A stretch of 64,000 nt of DNA from an uncultured delta proteobacterium (GCA_963737265.1 CAVTRY010000022.1:96001-160000); one strand, 5' to 3'; counted from the first letter of the stretch, positions 42,286 through 52,661 are shown. The notes: generated from the sequence alone by a model not told the origin. Numbers and translations: made by a program.

Positions 42286-43026
42286 CTACGAAGGCTCTTG
42301 CTGCTCGTTGATGAGGTACTTGGCCACCACGGACTCGACCGGAACTGCCGACGGCTCGCCACGCAGAAGATGGGCCAGCGCTTCGACATCGGTCTTCCAC
42401 GCCAGATCGCCGGTGGCCAGCACGCACACGCGGCCAACGTCGTAGGTGTCGAACAGCTTGCCGTCCTTGAAGTAGTAGTGCGACTTGCTGACTTCCGTCG
42501 GGTAGGGGTGCATCGCGGGCGGAATATCGCCGGGCTTGAACCACAGTTTGATTTCGCGTTCGGCGTCGGGGAGGTTGGCCGAGGCGTGGATGAGATTGTC
42601 CATGCGGTCGCCCAGCACCTCGCCCTCGGCGTCCTTGACCTGCTCGACGGTGCCGAGCGATCGGATGCAACCCGGCTGCTTGTCGCGTGCCACGTGCGGA
42701 TTGGTCGGGCCGCACAGCTCGCGCACCCGGCTTACCGCCTTCGGACCCTGGTACATGAGCGCGATCACCCGGCGCTTCCACGGCTCCTTCGGGTAGTGCA
42801 GGTGGCCTTGGATGTATTCGAGCAGCGACGGAAAGAAAAACTTTCCGCGGTGCTCGGCGTAGTGCTCGCCCGCCAGCATGGTGCTGACGTTGACGATCTT
42901 CGCACCCGCGAAGCGCAGCCCGGTGTGGAACTCCGAAAGCAGCGACAGCACGTAGCCCGTCAGCGAGTTCTTGAGCGCGTCGGGCTTGATGAGCACGAGC
43001 GTTTGTTCGACATCCTTCTGTTCCAC
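42286..43026 (-). CDS. ndk: Nucleoside diphosphate kinase with C-terminal extension
   Basis: TLVLIKPD, HYAEH, GPTNP, NLIHAS, EREIKLWF. Confidence 0.88.
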   Translation of the reverse strand: MEQKDVEQTLVLIKPDALKNSLTGYVLSLLSEFHTGLRFAGAKIVNVSTMLAGEHYAEHRGKFFFPSLLEYIQGHLHYPKEPWKRRVIALMYQGPKAVSRVRELCGPTNPHVARDKQPGCIRSLGTVEQVKDAEGEVLGDRMDNLIHASANLPDAEREIKLWFKPGDIPPAMHPYPTEVSKSHYYFKDGKLFDTYDVGRVCVLATGDLAWKTDVEALAHLLRGEPSAVPVESVVAKYLINEQQEPS

Positions 43027-43094
43027 GATCCGGATCCTTTCTACTCGCCACGGTCGGGCGAGGGGCTTCCTACATTTACATTCCCAAACGCGGT

Positions 43095-44342
43095 CTAGCC
43101 AATCTTGTTTGGCCCTTGGCCCGATTCTTGGTCCGATTCCTCGACGACGGTCTTGGTCTTGCGCGCGATCATCAACTCCTCGTTGGTCGGCACCACCCAG
43201 GCCGCGATCCGCGAGCCATCGTGCGTGATGACCTTCTCCTTGGCGTCGGAGCCGTTGCGTACCGAATCGAAATCGGCGCCCATGAAGGCCAACGGTTCGA
43301 GAATCTTGGCGCGTATGGCGACGGCGTTTTCGCCGATTCCGCCGGTGAACACGATGGCGTCCGCGCCGCCCATGGCGGCCACGTAGGAGCCGATGTACTT
43401 GACCACGCGATAGACGAAAACATCGAGGGCGAGCTGGGCGCGGTGGTTGCCCTCCGCCGCTTTCTCCCCGATCTGGCGCATGTCGTTGCTGATGCCCGAA
43501 AGCCCCTTCATGCCGCTCTTGTTGTTGAGCAGGGTGTTCATTTCCTGCGGCGACAGCTTCTCCTTGTCCATGATGTAGAGCACGACCGCGGGATCCATGT
43601 CGCCGGTGCGCGTGCCCATGACCACGCCTTCGAGCGGCGTGAGGCCCATCGACGTGTCGTACGAACGGCCGTTCTTGACCGCCGTGATGCTGGAGCCGTT
43701 GCCCATGTGGCAGGTGATGAGGCGAAGCTTGGTAAAATCCTGCTTCATCAAGTCCGCGCAGCGACGGGCGACGTACTCGTGCGAGGTGCCGTGGAAGCCG
43801 TACTTGCGGATGTGGTAGCGCTCGTACTGCTCGTAGGGCAGGCCGTAGAGGAACACGTGCGGCGGCATGCTCTGGTGAAATGCGGTGTCGAACACCGCCA
43901 CCTGCGGCAGTCCCGGAAAAATCGTCTCGCACGCCGCGATGCCGGCGAGATTGGGCGGATTGTGCAGCGGCGCAACCGCGATGCACTCTTCGATGGCCGC
44001 GCGCACGCCGGGCGTGACCAGCGCCGAATTGGAAAACTTTTCGCCGCCGTGAACGACCCGGTGCCCGACGGCGTCGACAAGGATCTTATCCTTGAATAGG
44101 CCGTGTTCCGGGTGCAGAAGCGCATCCTTCATCGCCGCCACGGCTTGCGTGTGATCCTTGGCGATGACGTCAAGCACGACCTTGTTGGGAGACTTGTGGC
44201 TCTTGTACGTGAATTTCGATTTCTCGCGCCCGATTTCCTCGACCACGCCTTCGGCAAGCAGGGTCGAAACCTCGGCCGATGGCAGATCGTAGAGCTTGAA
44301 CTTGAGCGACGAGCTGCCGCAGTTGACGACAAGGGTCCGCAT
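43095..44342 (-). CDS. ackA: Acetate kinase
   Basis: NCGSSSLK, HRVVHGG, APLHNP, YGFHGTSH, FTGGIGEN, TNEE. Confidence 0.97.
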   Translation of the reverse strand: MRTLVVNCGSSSLKFKLYDLPSAEVSTLLAEGVVEEIGREKSKFTYKSHKSPNKVVLDVIAKDHTQAVAAMKDALLHPEHGLFKDKILVDAVGHRVVHGGEKFSNSALVTPGVRAAIEECIAVAPLHNPPNLAGIAACETIFPGLPQVAVFDTAFHQSMPPHVFLYGLPYEQYERYHIRKYGFHGTSHEYVARRCADLMKQDFTKLRLITCHMGNGSSITAVKNGRSYDTSMGLTPLEGVVMGTRTGDMDPAVVLYIMDKEKLSPQEMNTLLNNKSGMKGLSGISNDMRQIGEKAAEGNHRAQLALDVFVYRVVKYIGSYVAAMGGADAIVFTGGIGENAVAIRAKILEPLAFMGADFDSVRNGSDAKEKVITHDGSRIAAWVVPTNEELMIARKTKTVVEESDQESGQGPNKIG

Positions 44343-44357
44343 GAGCGCCTCCCGAGA

Positions 44358-45365
44358 CTACTTCTGCGCAAATTGCAGACGGACGACGTTGATGGCGATG
44401 ACGTTCAAGATATCGGCCGCGTTGCAGCCGCGCGACAGATCCGACGACGGCTTGGCCATGCCCTGCAGCACGGGGCCCAAGGCCTGCGCCTTGGCAAGGC
44501 GCTCGGTCAGTTTGTAGCCGATGTTGCCCGAATCCAAATCCGGGAAGATCAGCACGGTGGCCTTGCCGGCAACCGGGGATCCCTTGGCCTTGCGTTCGCC
44601 CACCGACGGAACCAGCGCGGCGTCGCCCTGCAATTCGCCGTCGATGACGAGGTCTGGCCGGCGCTGTTTGGCGAGCGCCATGGCGGCCAAAACCTTATCG
44701 ACGCGCGCGTGCTTGGCGCTGCCCTTGGTCGAGAACGATAGCATGGCCACGCGGGGCGCCTCGCCGACCAGGCTGGCGTAGCTGTCGGCGGTGGCGATGG
44801 TGATGTCCGCGAGCTGCTCGACGGTGGGGTCGATGACGACGCCGCCATCGCCGTAGAAGAGAATGCCGTCTTTTCCGAACGACTTATCCGGCAAGATCAT
44901 GGCGAAGAAGCTGGACAGCGTTTTGAGCCCCGGCTGCATGCCGACGATCTGGATGCCGGCGCGGCAGACGTCCGCCGTCGTGTAGGTCGCGCCGCCGACG
45001 AAGCTGTCGACCAGCCCCTTGCGCACCATCATGGCGCCGTAGAACAAGGGATCCTTGATGGTCTTCTCCGCCTCGGCCTCGGTCATGCCCTTGGCCTTGC
45101 GCAGCTCGAAGTACGTGTGGGCGTAGTCGGCGAAATTGGGTGCCTGGGTCATGTCGACCACGTTCACCTTGTCGAGCGAGAGCGACGACGACGCCGCCGT
45201 GGCCTTGATCTTGGCCGCATCGCCGAGGATGGTCACCTCGGCGATGCCTAGCTTGGTCGCCCTGCCGGCTGCCTCGATCACACGGACGTCCTCGCCCTCC
45301 TGAAGAACCACCTTCTTGGGGCTGGTTTTCGCCTTCTCGTGGATCTGCTCGATGAACGTGCTCAT
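44358..45365 (-). CDS. pta: Phosphate acetyltransferase
   Basis: AMLSFSTKGS, DGELQGDAA, GNIGYK, DLSRGC. Confidence 0.95.
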   Translation of the reverse strand: MSTFIEQIHEKAKTSPKKVVLQEGEDVRVIEAAGRATKLGIAEVTILGDAAKIKATAASSSLSLDKVNVVDMTQAPNFADYAHTYFELRKAKGMTEAEAEKTIKDPLFYGAMMVRKGLVDSFVGGATYTTADVCRAGIQIVGMQPGLKTLSSFFAMILPDKSFGKDGILFYGDGGVVIDPTVEQLADITIATADSYASLVGEAPRVAMLSFSTKGSAKHARVDKVLAAMALAKQRRPDLVIDGELQGDAALVPSVGERKAKGSPVAGKATVLIFPDLDSGNIGYKLTERLAKAQALGPVLQGMAKPSSDLSRGCNAADILNVIAINVVRLQFAQK

Positions 45366-45679
45366 GGTACAACTCCTGGGGCCGTGTCCGCGCGCACCGG
45401 CTGTGTTTTCTGTCACGAGTGCCTCGGCGCGGACGTGGGGAGAGTAGTCCCCCGCGGGGGGTCAATTCAACCGGGATCTGGATATTTTCAGACGGTTACG
45501 GCAGGAGATCCGAGAACCTTGAGCGGCCAGGAACCGGCGCCGCGTCCTCGCCATATCACCCATCGTTCTTACAGGGTAGCTATGATACCTAAAGTGATCG
45601 ACTCCGCAGAATTCGCCATACCTGGCTGCGCAGCGCTTGTGACGATGTACGACGGCGAGGAGGTTCGCCGAACCTGCTG

Positions 45680-46243
45680 TCAGAACCAGTAGATGCTGGC
45701 GTAGTCGACAGAGCCTGCACTCGCATCGAAGTAGTAGTAACCGTTGACTTTGGGGGGAAGGGGCAATGCCCCACACGTCTCGGTGACACCATTGACCTTC
45801 AGGGTGCGACCGGTGAGATTCGAACAGCCCCAGCCGTTGATATTGTCCGGCGTCCTGAAGCAAAACTCGCCAACAGTTCCAAAATTGCCGCTGCTTGCGC
45901 TGCCAGTGCCAGTAATGGTTTGGACCGGCACGCAAGGTTCGCTTCCTTCTCCGCCGTCATCCGTGCCGATTGCACCGCCGGTACTCGTATCACCGCCCGT
46001 GCTTGCCACGCCGCCGCTGCTCGCCGCGCCGCCGCTGCCGAATGGGGAGCCGCCTGCGCCGCTGCTAAACGGGTTGCCGCCGTTCGCGGAGATAGCCCCG
46101 CCGGTGCCGCTAGGCGCCCCGCCGCTGCCGCTACCGCTACCGCCCTGGGAAGGCGTAACGGTCTCGCCGGGCAAGCGAGCGTTTGGATCGGGACCGCAGG
46201 CCAGAAAAAAAAAGGTCGTTGCAACGAAAACTACTTGCCGCAT
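45680..46243 (-). CDS. Lipoprotein with Gly/Ser linker and small Cys/aromatic-rich C-terminal domain
   Basis: FLAC lipobox; GG-rich linker; GWGCSN..VNG..CG.LPLP..NGYYYF..ASIYWF. Confidence 0.75.
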   Translation of the reverse strand: MRQVVFVATTFFFLACGPDPNARLPGETVTPSQGGSGSGSGGAPSGTGGAISANGGNPFSSGAGGSPFGSGGAASSGGVASTGGDTSTGGAIGTDDGGEGSEPCVPVQTITGTGSASSGNFGTVGEFCFRTPDNINGWGCSNLTGRTLKVNGVTETCGALPLPPKVNGYYYFDASAGSVDYASIYWF

Positions 46244-46357
46244 GACAATTTACCAACACCTTGGACGGCTACGATGAGAACGATGACACACCAAACAAAT
46301 CCGGCCTCCCGAGAGAAAGCCCAAACCTCACGGAAACTAAGGGATAATGGCCCCGAG

Positions 46358-46534
46358 CTAGCAAGCCCCCTGGGCCATCAGATCCTGGATACGATCCTTG
46401 ATGGCCAGCTTCTCCTTCTTGAGCTTGGCCCGATCGGCCTGTTCCTTGGAGGTTAGAGAGACATGCGCGTCGATAACGGCCAGTGCTTCTTCCAATTCCC
46501 TGTGACGCTGCCTTAACGCATCGATCTCGTTCAT
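46358..46534 (-). CDS. DUF465/YdcH-family small coiled-coil protein (58 aa, not in ORF track)
   Basis: Hand-translated: MNEIDALRQRHRELEE...KLKKEKLAIKDRI. Confidence 0.8.
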   Translation of the reverse strand: MNEIDALRQRHRELEEALAVIDAHVSLTSKEQADRAKLKKEKLAIKDRIQDLMAQGAC

Positions 46535-46541
46535 GGACCAC

Positions 46542-47087
46542 CTAGATCGTATACGTGCGCCGCCGCGGAGTCAACCGAGGCGACGACAGAGGGTGCTTCC
46601 CTGAAATGGGGGCTGGGGCTTCACCTCGCCCCGCGCAGGTGGGATCGGAGGGAAAAACAGGGAGGAACGGAGGACCAGAGGAATCACGGGTTGGGTTGAC
46701 GAGGCGGCGGAGACCCTCGCGAAGTACGGGGACGTGGAAATTGACGAGCAGGCCCACCGGCAGTCGTAGGAGCTTGAGATAGGTAATGATCTGTGCCAAG
46801 TGGACAGGAAGCAACTGCTCTACCGCCTTGACTTCGACGACCAAACGGCCTTCCACCATGAGGTCGAGGCGATAGCCGCAGTCGAGGTCAATGCCTTTGT
46901 ACTGCAGAGGAATCGCGACCTGACGTTGCGTGCGAAATCCACGCAGGCCTAGCTCGCGCGCCAGGCAGTGCTCGTAGGCCGACTCAAGCAGCCCGGGACC
47001 GAGGTGACGGTGGACTTCGATGCAGGCGGCGATAATTTGCCCAGTAAAGTCATCCTGTCTCTGTTTCTCCGTTCCTCGCTGTTCCAT
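46542..47087 (-). CDS. GxxExxY protein, copy 2
   Basis: Same as copy 1 except V->I (HLAQIITY); different read-through tail. Confidence 0.9.
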   Translation of the reverse strand: MEQRGTEKQRQDDFTGQIIAACIEVHRHLGPGLLESAYEHCLARELGLRGFRTQRQVAIPLQYKGIDLDCGYRLDLMVEGRLVVEVKAVEQLLPVHLAQIITYLKLLRLPVGLLVNFHVPVLREGLRRLVNPTRDSSGPPFLPVFPSDPTCAGRGEAPAPISGKHPLSSPRLTPRRRTYTI

Positions 47088-47169
47088 ATCTGCGTTTTCG
47101 GCGGCACTCCGCCAGAAGTTGCTACCTCACCGAGCCCCCGGCTGGGGCCCCCGTTTCAGGGAGGCACCC
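46591..47169 (-). mobile_element. 579-bp TIR-bounded GxxExxY element, copy 2
   Basis: Reverse complement of 3530-4108; direct repeat GACGACAGA at 46582-46590 and 47170-47178. Confidence 0.93.
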
Positions 47170-47352
47170 GACGACAGATGCGACAGATGACGGACCATCC
47201 ATTCGCTGATTCAGTTAGCCAGAATGTACGATCCTGCCGCGCACCGACGTTGACGGTTTGCGGCTAAGTGAATAGAATCGCACCGTTTGGATTCATTAAG
47301 GCCTAGCAACATTGCAGCCGAGGATATAGGCCCCGCCGGGGTCGAGAGCACC

Positions 47353-48273
47353 ATGTGGACCCTGAAATTCATCTCGGGCAAGTACCAGGGGGGCGAATTT
47401 CCGCTCCGGCCCAACCGTGAGATCATCGTTGGTCGATCGTCCGACCTCGACATGGTCTTGGTCGAGGACATGGTTTCGCGCAAGCACGCCAAGATCGCGA
47501 CCGACGAACATTCGGTTTCGATCCAGGACTTGGGCTCGACCAACGGAACCTTCGTCAACGGCGAAAAGATCCGCACCGTCCGCTTGAAAGAGGGCGATCG
47601 AATCTTGGTCGGCACGTCGATCATCAAGTTGATCGCGGCGAACAGCGAAGCGCCGATTCCGTCGTCGGGGCTATCGGAGAACGAGGCGCGCTCGAAGATG
47701 CAGGTCACCGCCAACCGCCGGCCCGAGCCCAAGATGATGCAGGGTAATATCGAGGAGATTCCCTTGCCGGATCTGCTGCAACTGCTTTCCACCAGCCGCA
47801 AGTCCGGCGTGCTTGTGCTGCGTTCGGAATGGGGAACCGGGCGGCTTTACATGCGCAAGGGCCAGATCTATTTCGCCAACGTCGACGAAAGCTTCGACGT
47901 GAGCCCACGCAAGGCCATGTTCCGCATGTTGACGTGGGACAAGGGCTTGTTCGAACTGGAGCCGCCCGACGACCGCACGGTGATGGAGGAGATTCAGGAC
48001 AGCACCGAGGGCCTACTGATGGAGGGTATGCGCCAGCTCGACGAATTTCGCGAGCTGTCGTCCAAGCTGCCGCCGTTCGAAGCCATCGTTTCCATCCCGC
48101 ACCCGCTCGCGCCGCGCCTGCGCGACCTCAAACCGCAAGAGCTGGATTTGATGCAAACCGCGCTCAACGAAGCGACGGTGCAACAGATCATCGACCAAAG
48201 CCCGCAGACCGACCTCGACACCGCCCAGGCGCTGCTGGCGTTGCTCGAACGCGGCTATTTGATCGTCGGATAG
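47353..48273 (+). CDS. FHA + DUF4388 domain protein
   Basis: VGR, VSRKHA, DLGSTNGTFVNG (FHA); GNIEEIPLPDLLQLL..KSG, LMEGMRQLDE (DUF4388). Confidence 0.9.
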   Translation: MWTLKFISGKYQGGEFPLRPNREIIVGRSSDLDMVLVEDMVSRKHAKIATDEHSVSIQDLGSTNGTFVNGEKIRTVRLKEGDRILVGTSIIKLIAANSEAPIPSSGLSENEARSKMQVTANRRPEPKMMQGNIEEIPLPDLLQLLSTSRKSGVLVLRSEWGTGRLYMRKGQIYFANVDESFDVSPRKAMFRMLTWDKGLFELEPPDDRTVMEEIQDSTEGLLMEGMRQLDEFRELSSKLPPFEAIVSIPHPLAPRLRDLKPQELDLMQTALNEATVQQIIDQSPQTDLDTAQALLALLERGYLIVG

Positions 48274-48294
48274 CTCGGGTAGCCTACTTGACGG

Positions 48295-49884
48295 CTATCC
48301 GGTGTTTTGCCGGCGTGATTCTGTCGACAAGCGTGACAAGCGTAGACTGGTGGCCCTGTCGCCGCGCAACGCCTCCACATGCATGGGCATGCGGTAGGTC
48401 CAGTTTCGATCGTTGACGGAGCCCGGAACGTTGACCTGTTCGCGCGTGCCAAGCAGATCCTGGAAGGGAACCAGACACAGATCCGATGCCGCCTGGTAGA
48501 GAACGCGCAACAAGGCCTCGCGAACATCTTCGTCGAAGCCGCCGTTGCAGTCGAGCTGCTCGAGGCCAGGGATGCGGGCCAGGAAGCGCCGCTTGTCGGG
48601 CGGCAGATCGTCGTACCACACGGCTTGCGTTTCGGTGTCGTGCGTGCCCGACGTGGCCACGGAGATCTCCGGCCACTTGGCGGGATCGCGATAGATCTGT
48701 TGAAAATTTCCGTCGCGCCACACGTCGTCCTTTTCCCAGCGCAGAACCCGGTAGCCGGGCAGGCGCAGGCGCACGAGCGACGGGCGCAGGAACTCGGGCA
48801 CCATGCCGAGATCCTCGGCGATGACCTCGCCATACTCGTCCATGATCGCGAGCAAGGTTTCCCCGAGGCGAATCTGCGCCTCCTCGTCCGACGGTGAAAA
48901 GCCGGTCTTGCGGCCGTCGGCGGTTCGGTAATACGTGCGGTACATACCGATGACGTGGTCCACGCGGTAAAGACCGAACAGCCGACCGGCGCGTTCGGCG
49001 CGCCTGCGCATCCACGCGAAGTCGGTCTGTTCCATCGCCCGCCAGTCGTAAAGCGGCAGGCCCCAGTCCTGGCCGTCGGCGCACAGAGCGTCGGGCGGCG
49101 CGCCCACGCGGTACCCGATACGAAAGAGCTTGCGCTCTTTCCAGACGTCGGCGGAATCTTCCGCCACTACGAAGGGCAGGTCGCCCATCAAATCCACGCC
49201 GAGCGCCGCGGCCTCGCTGCGCGCGGCCCGCCACTGCTCGTCGAGCTGCCACTGCTGCCAGATGACGAAAAGAATTTCTTCCGCGTTTTCCTTCGCCGTG
49301 CGCGCGAGGGCAGCGGGCCGGCGATTCGCGATGTCCGCGGGCCATTCCTTCCAGTGCTTGTTGTAGAGCTGGTGCAGGACCGCGAACAGCGCGTAGTCTT
49401 CAATCCAGTCGCGGCTCTCCTCGCGAAACTGGGCGAGCTGTCGCGCCCGCTTGCTCCGGCGTCGCCATTCCTTAGCGCGAAAATGTGCGAACGCCAGCCG
49501 CGTGCCGCGCTCCTTGAGCGGTCGCAGCCGATTCCAGGGCACCGTCGCGTGCGCCGCGACCTCGTCAAGCAAACGCCGATCCTCGTTGCAAAGGGCGTCC
49601 CGGCCGCCGGCCGCCGAAAAATCCTCGCAGCTATCGAGGCCGAGATACACGGGATCGATGGCGAAGGCCGTCGACGCGGAATAGGGGCTGGTTTCGCCGC
49701 CGGCGACCGCGCACACCGGTAGCATCTGCACCACGCGAATCCCCGCTTCGCGGGCCCAGCCTGCCATGGGCACGAGATCGGGAATTTCGCCCAAGCCCCA
49801 ACCGGTCGGCGTGCGCACCGAAAATAGCGGGATGAGAACACCTGCGCGCCGGTGTCGCGGTCTTGGCCCGTTCGTACCAGGCAT
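48295..49884 (-). CDS. malQ: 4-alpha-glucanotransferase (GH77)
   Basis: SPYS, GDLPF, GAPPD, GQDWGLP, RVDH, AEDLG, THD, NWTYR. Confidence 0.93.
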   Translation of the reverse strand: MPGTNGPRPRHRRAGVLIPLFSVRTPTGWGLGEIPDLVPMAGWAREAGIRVVQMLPVCAVAGGETSPYSASTAFAIDPVYLGLDSCEDFSAAGGRDALCNEDRRLLDEVAAHATVPWNRLRPLKERGTRLAFAHFRAKEWRRRSKRARQLAQFREESRDWIEDYALFAVLHQLYNKHWKEWPADIANRRPAALARTAKENAEEILFVIWQQWQLDEQWRAARSEAAALGVDLMGDLPFVVAEDSADVWKERKLFRIGYRVGAPPDALCADGQDWGLPLYDWRAMEQTDFAWMRRRAERAGRLFGLYRVDHVIGMYRTYYRTADGRKTGFSPSDEEAQIRLGETLLAIMDEYGEVIAEDLGMVPEFLRPSLVRLRLPGYRVLRWEKDDVWRDGNFQQIYRDPAKWPEISVATSGTHDTETQAVWYDDLPPDKRRFLARIPGLEQLDCNGGFDEDVREALLRVLYQAASDLCLVPFQDLLGTREQVNVPGSVNDRNWTYRMPMHVEALRGDRATSLRLSRLSTESRRQNTG

Positions 49885-49923
49885 CGATTACCAGTTCGGT
49901 TATGATACGGCCACTTGTTCCCC

Positions 49924-50910
49924 ATGAGCGACACTTCTTTTGCAGGTCCCAAGATTTCCGCGCACCGAATTCTTCTCACCGGAGGCGCCGGATTCATCGG
50001 CTCGCACCTGGTGGAGCGCTTGGCGCCGGACAACAAAATCGTCGTGCTCGACACCCTGAGGCGCAATGCCTTGGGGCCGGCCGGTCTCGACAAGCACCCG
50101 CACGTCAAGACCATCCAGGGCGACGTCCTCGACGCCACCGCGGTGAAGAACGCCATGGCGGGCTGCGATGCCGTGATCCACCTCGCGTCCATCGCGGGCG
50201 TCGACACCGTGCTCGGCAACCCGGTGCTGACCATGCGGGTGTCGCTGCTCGGAACGATGAACGTGCTAGAGGCCGCTCTCGCGGCGGGCGGCGTGCAGCG
50301 ACTCATCGATTTTTCGACCAGCGAGGTGTTCGGCCGGTACGCCTACAACGTGACCGAGTGGGACGCGACCACGCTCGGCGCCGTGGGCGAAGCGCGCTGG
50401 ACCTACGCCGTCGCCAAGCTCGCCACCGAGCATTTGGCCATGAACTACTGGAAGCAGTACCAGCTGCCCACGGTTTCGATTCGGCCGTTCAACATCTACG
50501 GGCCGCGCCAGGTGGGCGAAGGCGCCGTTCACCATTTCATCGTGCGTGCCTTGCACGGCCAGCCGCTCACCGTGCACAACGACGGCGCACAGATCCGCGC
50601 ATGGTGCTACGTCGACGACATCGTCGACGGCATCATGCTCGCACTCACGCGCAACGAAGCGGTCGGCCACGCCTTCAACATCGGCAATCCGCGCTCCACC
50701 CTCACCATTCACGCCCTGGCCAAGGAGATCGTCCGCCTGGCGTCGAGCGCGTCCCACATCGAATACGTGCCGTGGAACCAAGCCGACGTCGAGCTACGCA
50801 TTCCCAACATCGACAAAGCAAAGGAGCTCTTGCACTTTGCCCCCAAGGTCGATCTCGAGGAAGGTCTTCTGCGCACGATCTACTGGTACCGCAGGCACCT
50901 TGAGGGCTAA
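49924..50910 (+). CDS. NAD-dependent epimerase/dehydratase
   Basis: TGGAGFIGSHL, STSEVFG, YAVAK, FNIYGP. Confidence 0.92.
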   Translation: MSDTSFAGPKISAHRILLTGGAGFIGSHLVERLAPDNKIVVLDTLRRNALGPAGLDKHPHVKTIQGDVLDATAVKNAMAGCDAVIHLASIAGVDTVLGNPVLTMRVSLLGTMNVLEAALAAGGVQRLIDFSTSEVFGRYAYNVTEWDATTLGAVGEARWTYAVAKLATEHLAMNYWKQYQLPTVSIRPFNIYGPRQVGEGAVHHFIVRALHGQPLTVHNDGAQIRAWCYVDDIVDGIMLALTRNEAVGHAFNIGNPRSTLTIHALAKEIVRLASSASHIEYVPWNQADVELRIPNIDKAKELLHFAPKVDLEEGLLRTIYWYRRHLEG

Positions 50911-50925
50911 CCCGGAGTCGCGACA

Positions 50926-51879
50926 ATGAGCGAGATTGTTCTACGCGCCGACGGGTTGGCCAAGACATTTCATCTCGGATTTTTTCGCAAGCGCGTCGAG
51001 GCCGTCAAGGAAGCCAGCTTCGACGTCCGGCGCGGCGAAGTATTCGGCTATCTCGGTCCCAACGGCTCGGGCAAGACCACCACGCTCAAGATGCTCATGG
51101 GCCTGGTGTTCCCGTCGCGCGGCCGCGCCGAGGTGCTCGGACGATTGGTTCCCAATCGCCAGGCCAAGCGTCGCCTTGGCTATTTGCCCGAAAGTCCCTA
51201 TTTTTACGACTACCTCTCGCCCGAGGAATTTCTCGATCTCGTGGGTTCGCTCTTCGATGTTCCCCGGCGCGAGCGGCGCCTTCGCGCCGACACGCTCATC
51301 GGCCGCGTGGGGCTCGATCACGCGCGCGGCCGGCCGCTGCGGAAGTTTTCCAAGGGCATGCTTCAGCGCATCGGCATCGCGCAATCCCTCATGGGCGATC
51401 CCGAGCTGGTCGTGCTCGACGAGCCGATGACCGGCCTCGACCCGATCGGGCGCAAGGAAATCCGCGACCTCATGCTCGAGCTTCGCCGCGAGGGACGCAC
51501 GGTGCTTTACTCGACCCACATATTGCCCGACGTGGAAATGACCTGCGATCGCGTGGCCATGATTTTCGCCGGCCGCATTCGCAACGTCGGCCCGCTGTCC
51601 GAGCTTCTGACCGCGCGCTTGCTCTCCACCGAAGTTTGCCTGCGCCATAACGTGGGGCAGATTCCGCCGCTTCCCGTCGGCGCCCAGCTTCGCCAAACGC
51701 CCGACGGCATGATGGTGGATCTGCCCGAAGGGGCGGACGTGGATGCTTTTCTCAAGGCCGCGCTCGCCAGCGCAACCAACATCATCTCGGTCACGCCGCG
51801 GCGCGAGTCGCTCGAGGATCTGTTCGTGCGCGAAGCAGCGACGGACGGTTTGAACGATGCCAAAACGGGGGCGGTATGA
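50926..51879 (+). CDS. ABC transporter ATP-binding protein (myxobacterial PilH-like)
   Basis: GPNGSGKTT, FSKGM, LDEP, STH. Confidence 0.92.
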   Translation: MSEIVLRADGLAKTFHLGFFRKRVEAVKEASFDVRRGEVFGYLGPNGSGKTTTLKMLMGLVFPSRGRAEVLGRLVPNRQAKRRLGYLPESPYFYDYLSPEEFLDLVGSLFDVPRRERRLRADTLIGRVGLDHARGRPLRKFSKGMLQRIGIAQSLMGDPELVVLDEPMTGLDPIGRKEIRDLMLELRREGRTVLYSTHILPDVEMTCDRVAMIFAGRIRNVGPLSELLTARLLSTEVCLRHNVGQIPPLPVGAQLRQTPDGMMVDLPEGADVDAFLKAALASATNIISVTPRRESLEDLFVREAATDGLNDAKTGAV

Positions 51880-52661
51880 ATCGCATCGGCGCCATCGCCT
51901 GGAACACCTTTCGCGAAGCGGTTCGCAACAAGATCCTGTACAGCCTGCTGTTCTTCGCCGTCCTCCTCATCGTGTCGGCACTTGCGCTCGGCAACCTCAC
52001 CTTGCACGAGGAAGTCCGCACCATCCGCGACGTGGGCCTTTTCGGTATCGACATCTTCGGCGTCATTATCGCCATCTTCGTCGGCGTCAACCTGCTCTAC
52101 AAAGAGCTCGACCTCAAGACGGTTTATACGATCCTGCCCAAGCCGCTCTGGCGCTGGGAATTCGTGCTTGGCAAGTGGCTGGGCATGTTGCTGACCTTGT
52201 CGGTTCAGATGGCGGTGATGGGCCTAGTCCTCGGTCTCATCTTGGCGCTGGAAGGCGCCCGCTTCGATGTTCCCATGGTCAAGGCGGTGTGGCTGCTCTT
52301 CGTCAACGTCATGCTGGTCACTTCCATCGCCGTGCTTTTTTCAGCCTTTTCCAGCCCATTTCTCTCAGGGTTCTTCGCCTTGGGCTGCTTCGTGGTCGGC
52401 CGATCGGTGCCCGATATTCGCGCCCTCGGTGGCAAGATGAGCCCAGGCGGCAAGGCCGTGCTCGACTTCTTTTGCAGCTTGATACCCAACCTCCACCTAT
52501 TCTATCCCTCGGGTGCTATCGTGGGGGCGGAGGAGGTGTCGGTGCATCGTCAGTTCGTCGGCGCCGACTACATTCTCTCGGCTACGGCCTACGGCGTGAC
52601 CTACTCGCTGGTCGTTCTGATTTTGGCCATGCTGATCTTCCGCAAGAGGGACTTCGTCTGA
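51876..52661 (+). CDS. ABC transporter permease (PilI-like)
   Basis: NTFREAVR, KP..RWEFVLGK, C-terminal FRKRDF; multiple TM helices. Confidence 0.88.
   Translation: MNRIGAIAWNTFREAVRNKILYSLLFFAVLLIVSALALGNLTLHEEVRTIRDVGLFGIDIFGVIIAIFVGVNLLYKELDLKTVYTILPKPLWRWEFVLGKWLGMLLTLSVQMAVMGLVLGLILALEGARFDVPMVKAVWLLFVNVMLVTSIAVLFSAFSSPFLSGFFALGCFVVGRSVPDIRALGGKMSPGGKAVLDFFCSLIPNLHLFYPSGAIVGAEEVSVHRQFVGADYILSATAYGVTYSLVVLILAMLIFRKRDFV

Noticed and set aside
42286-43986. 566-aa NDK ORF
   Set aside because: The N-terminal part is an off-frame shadow of ackA.
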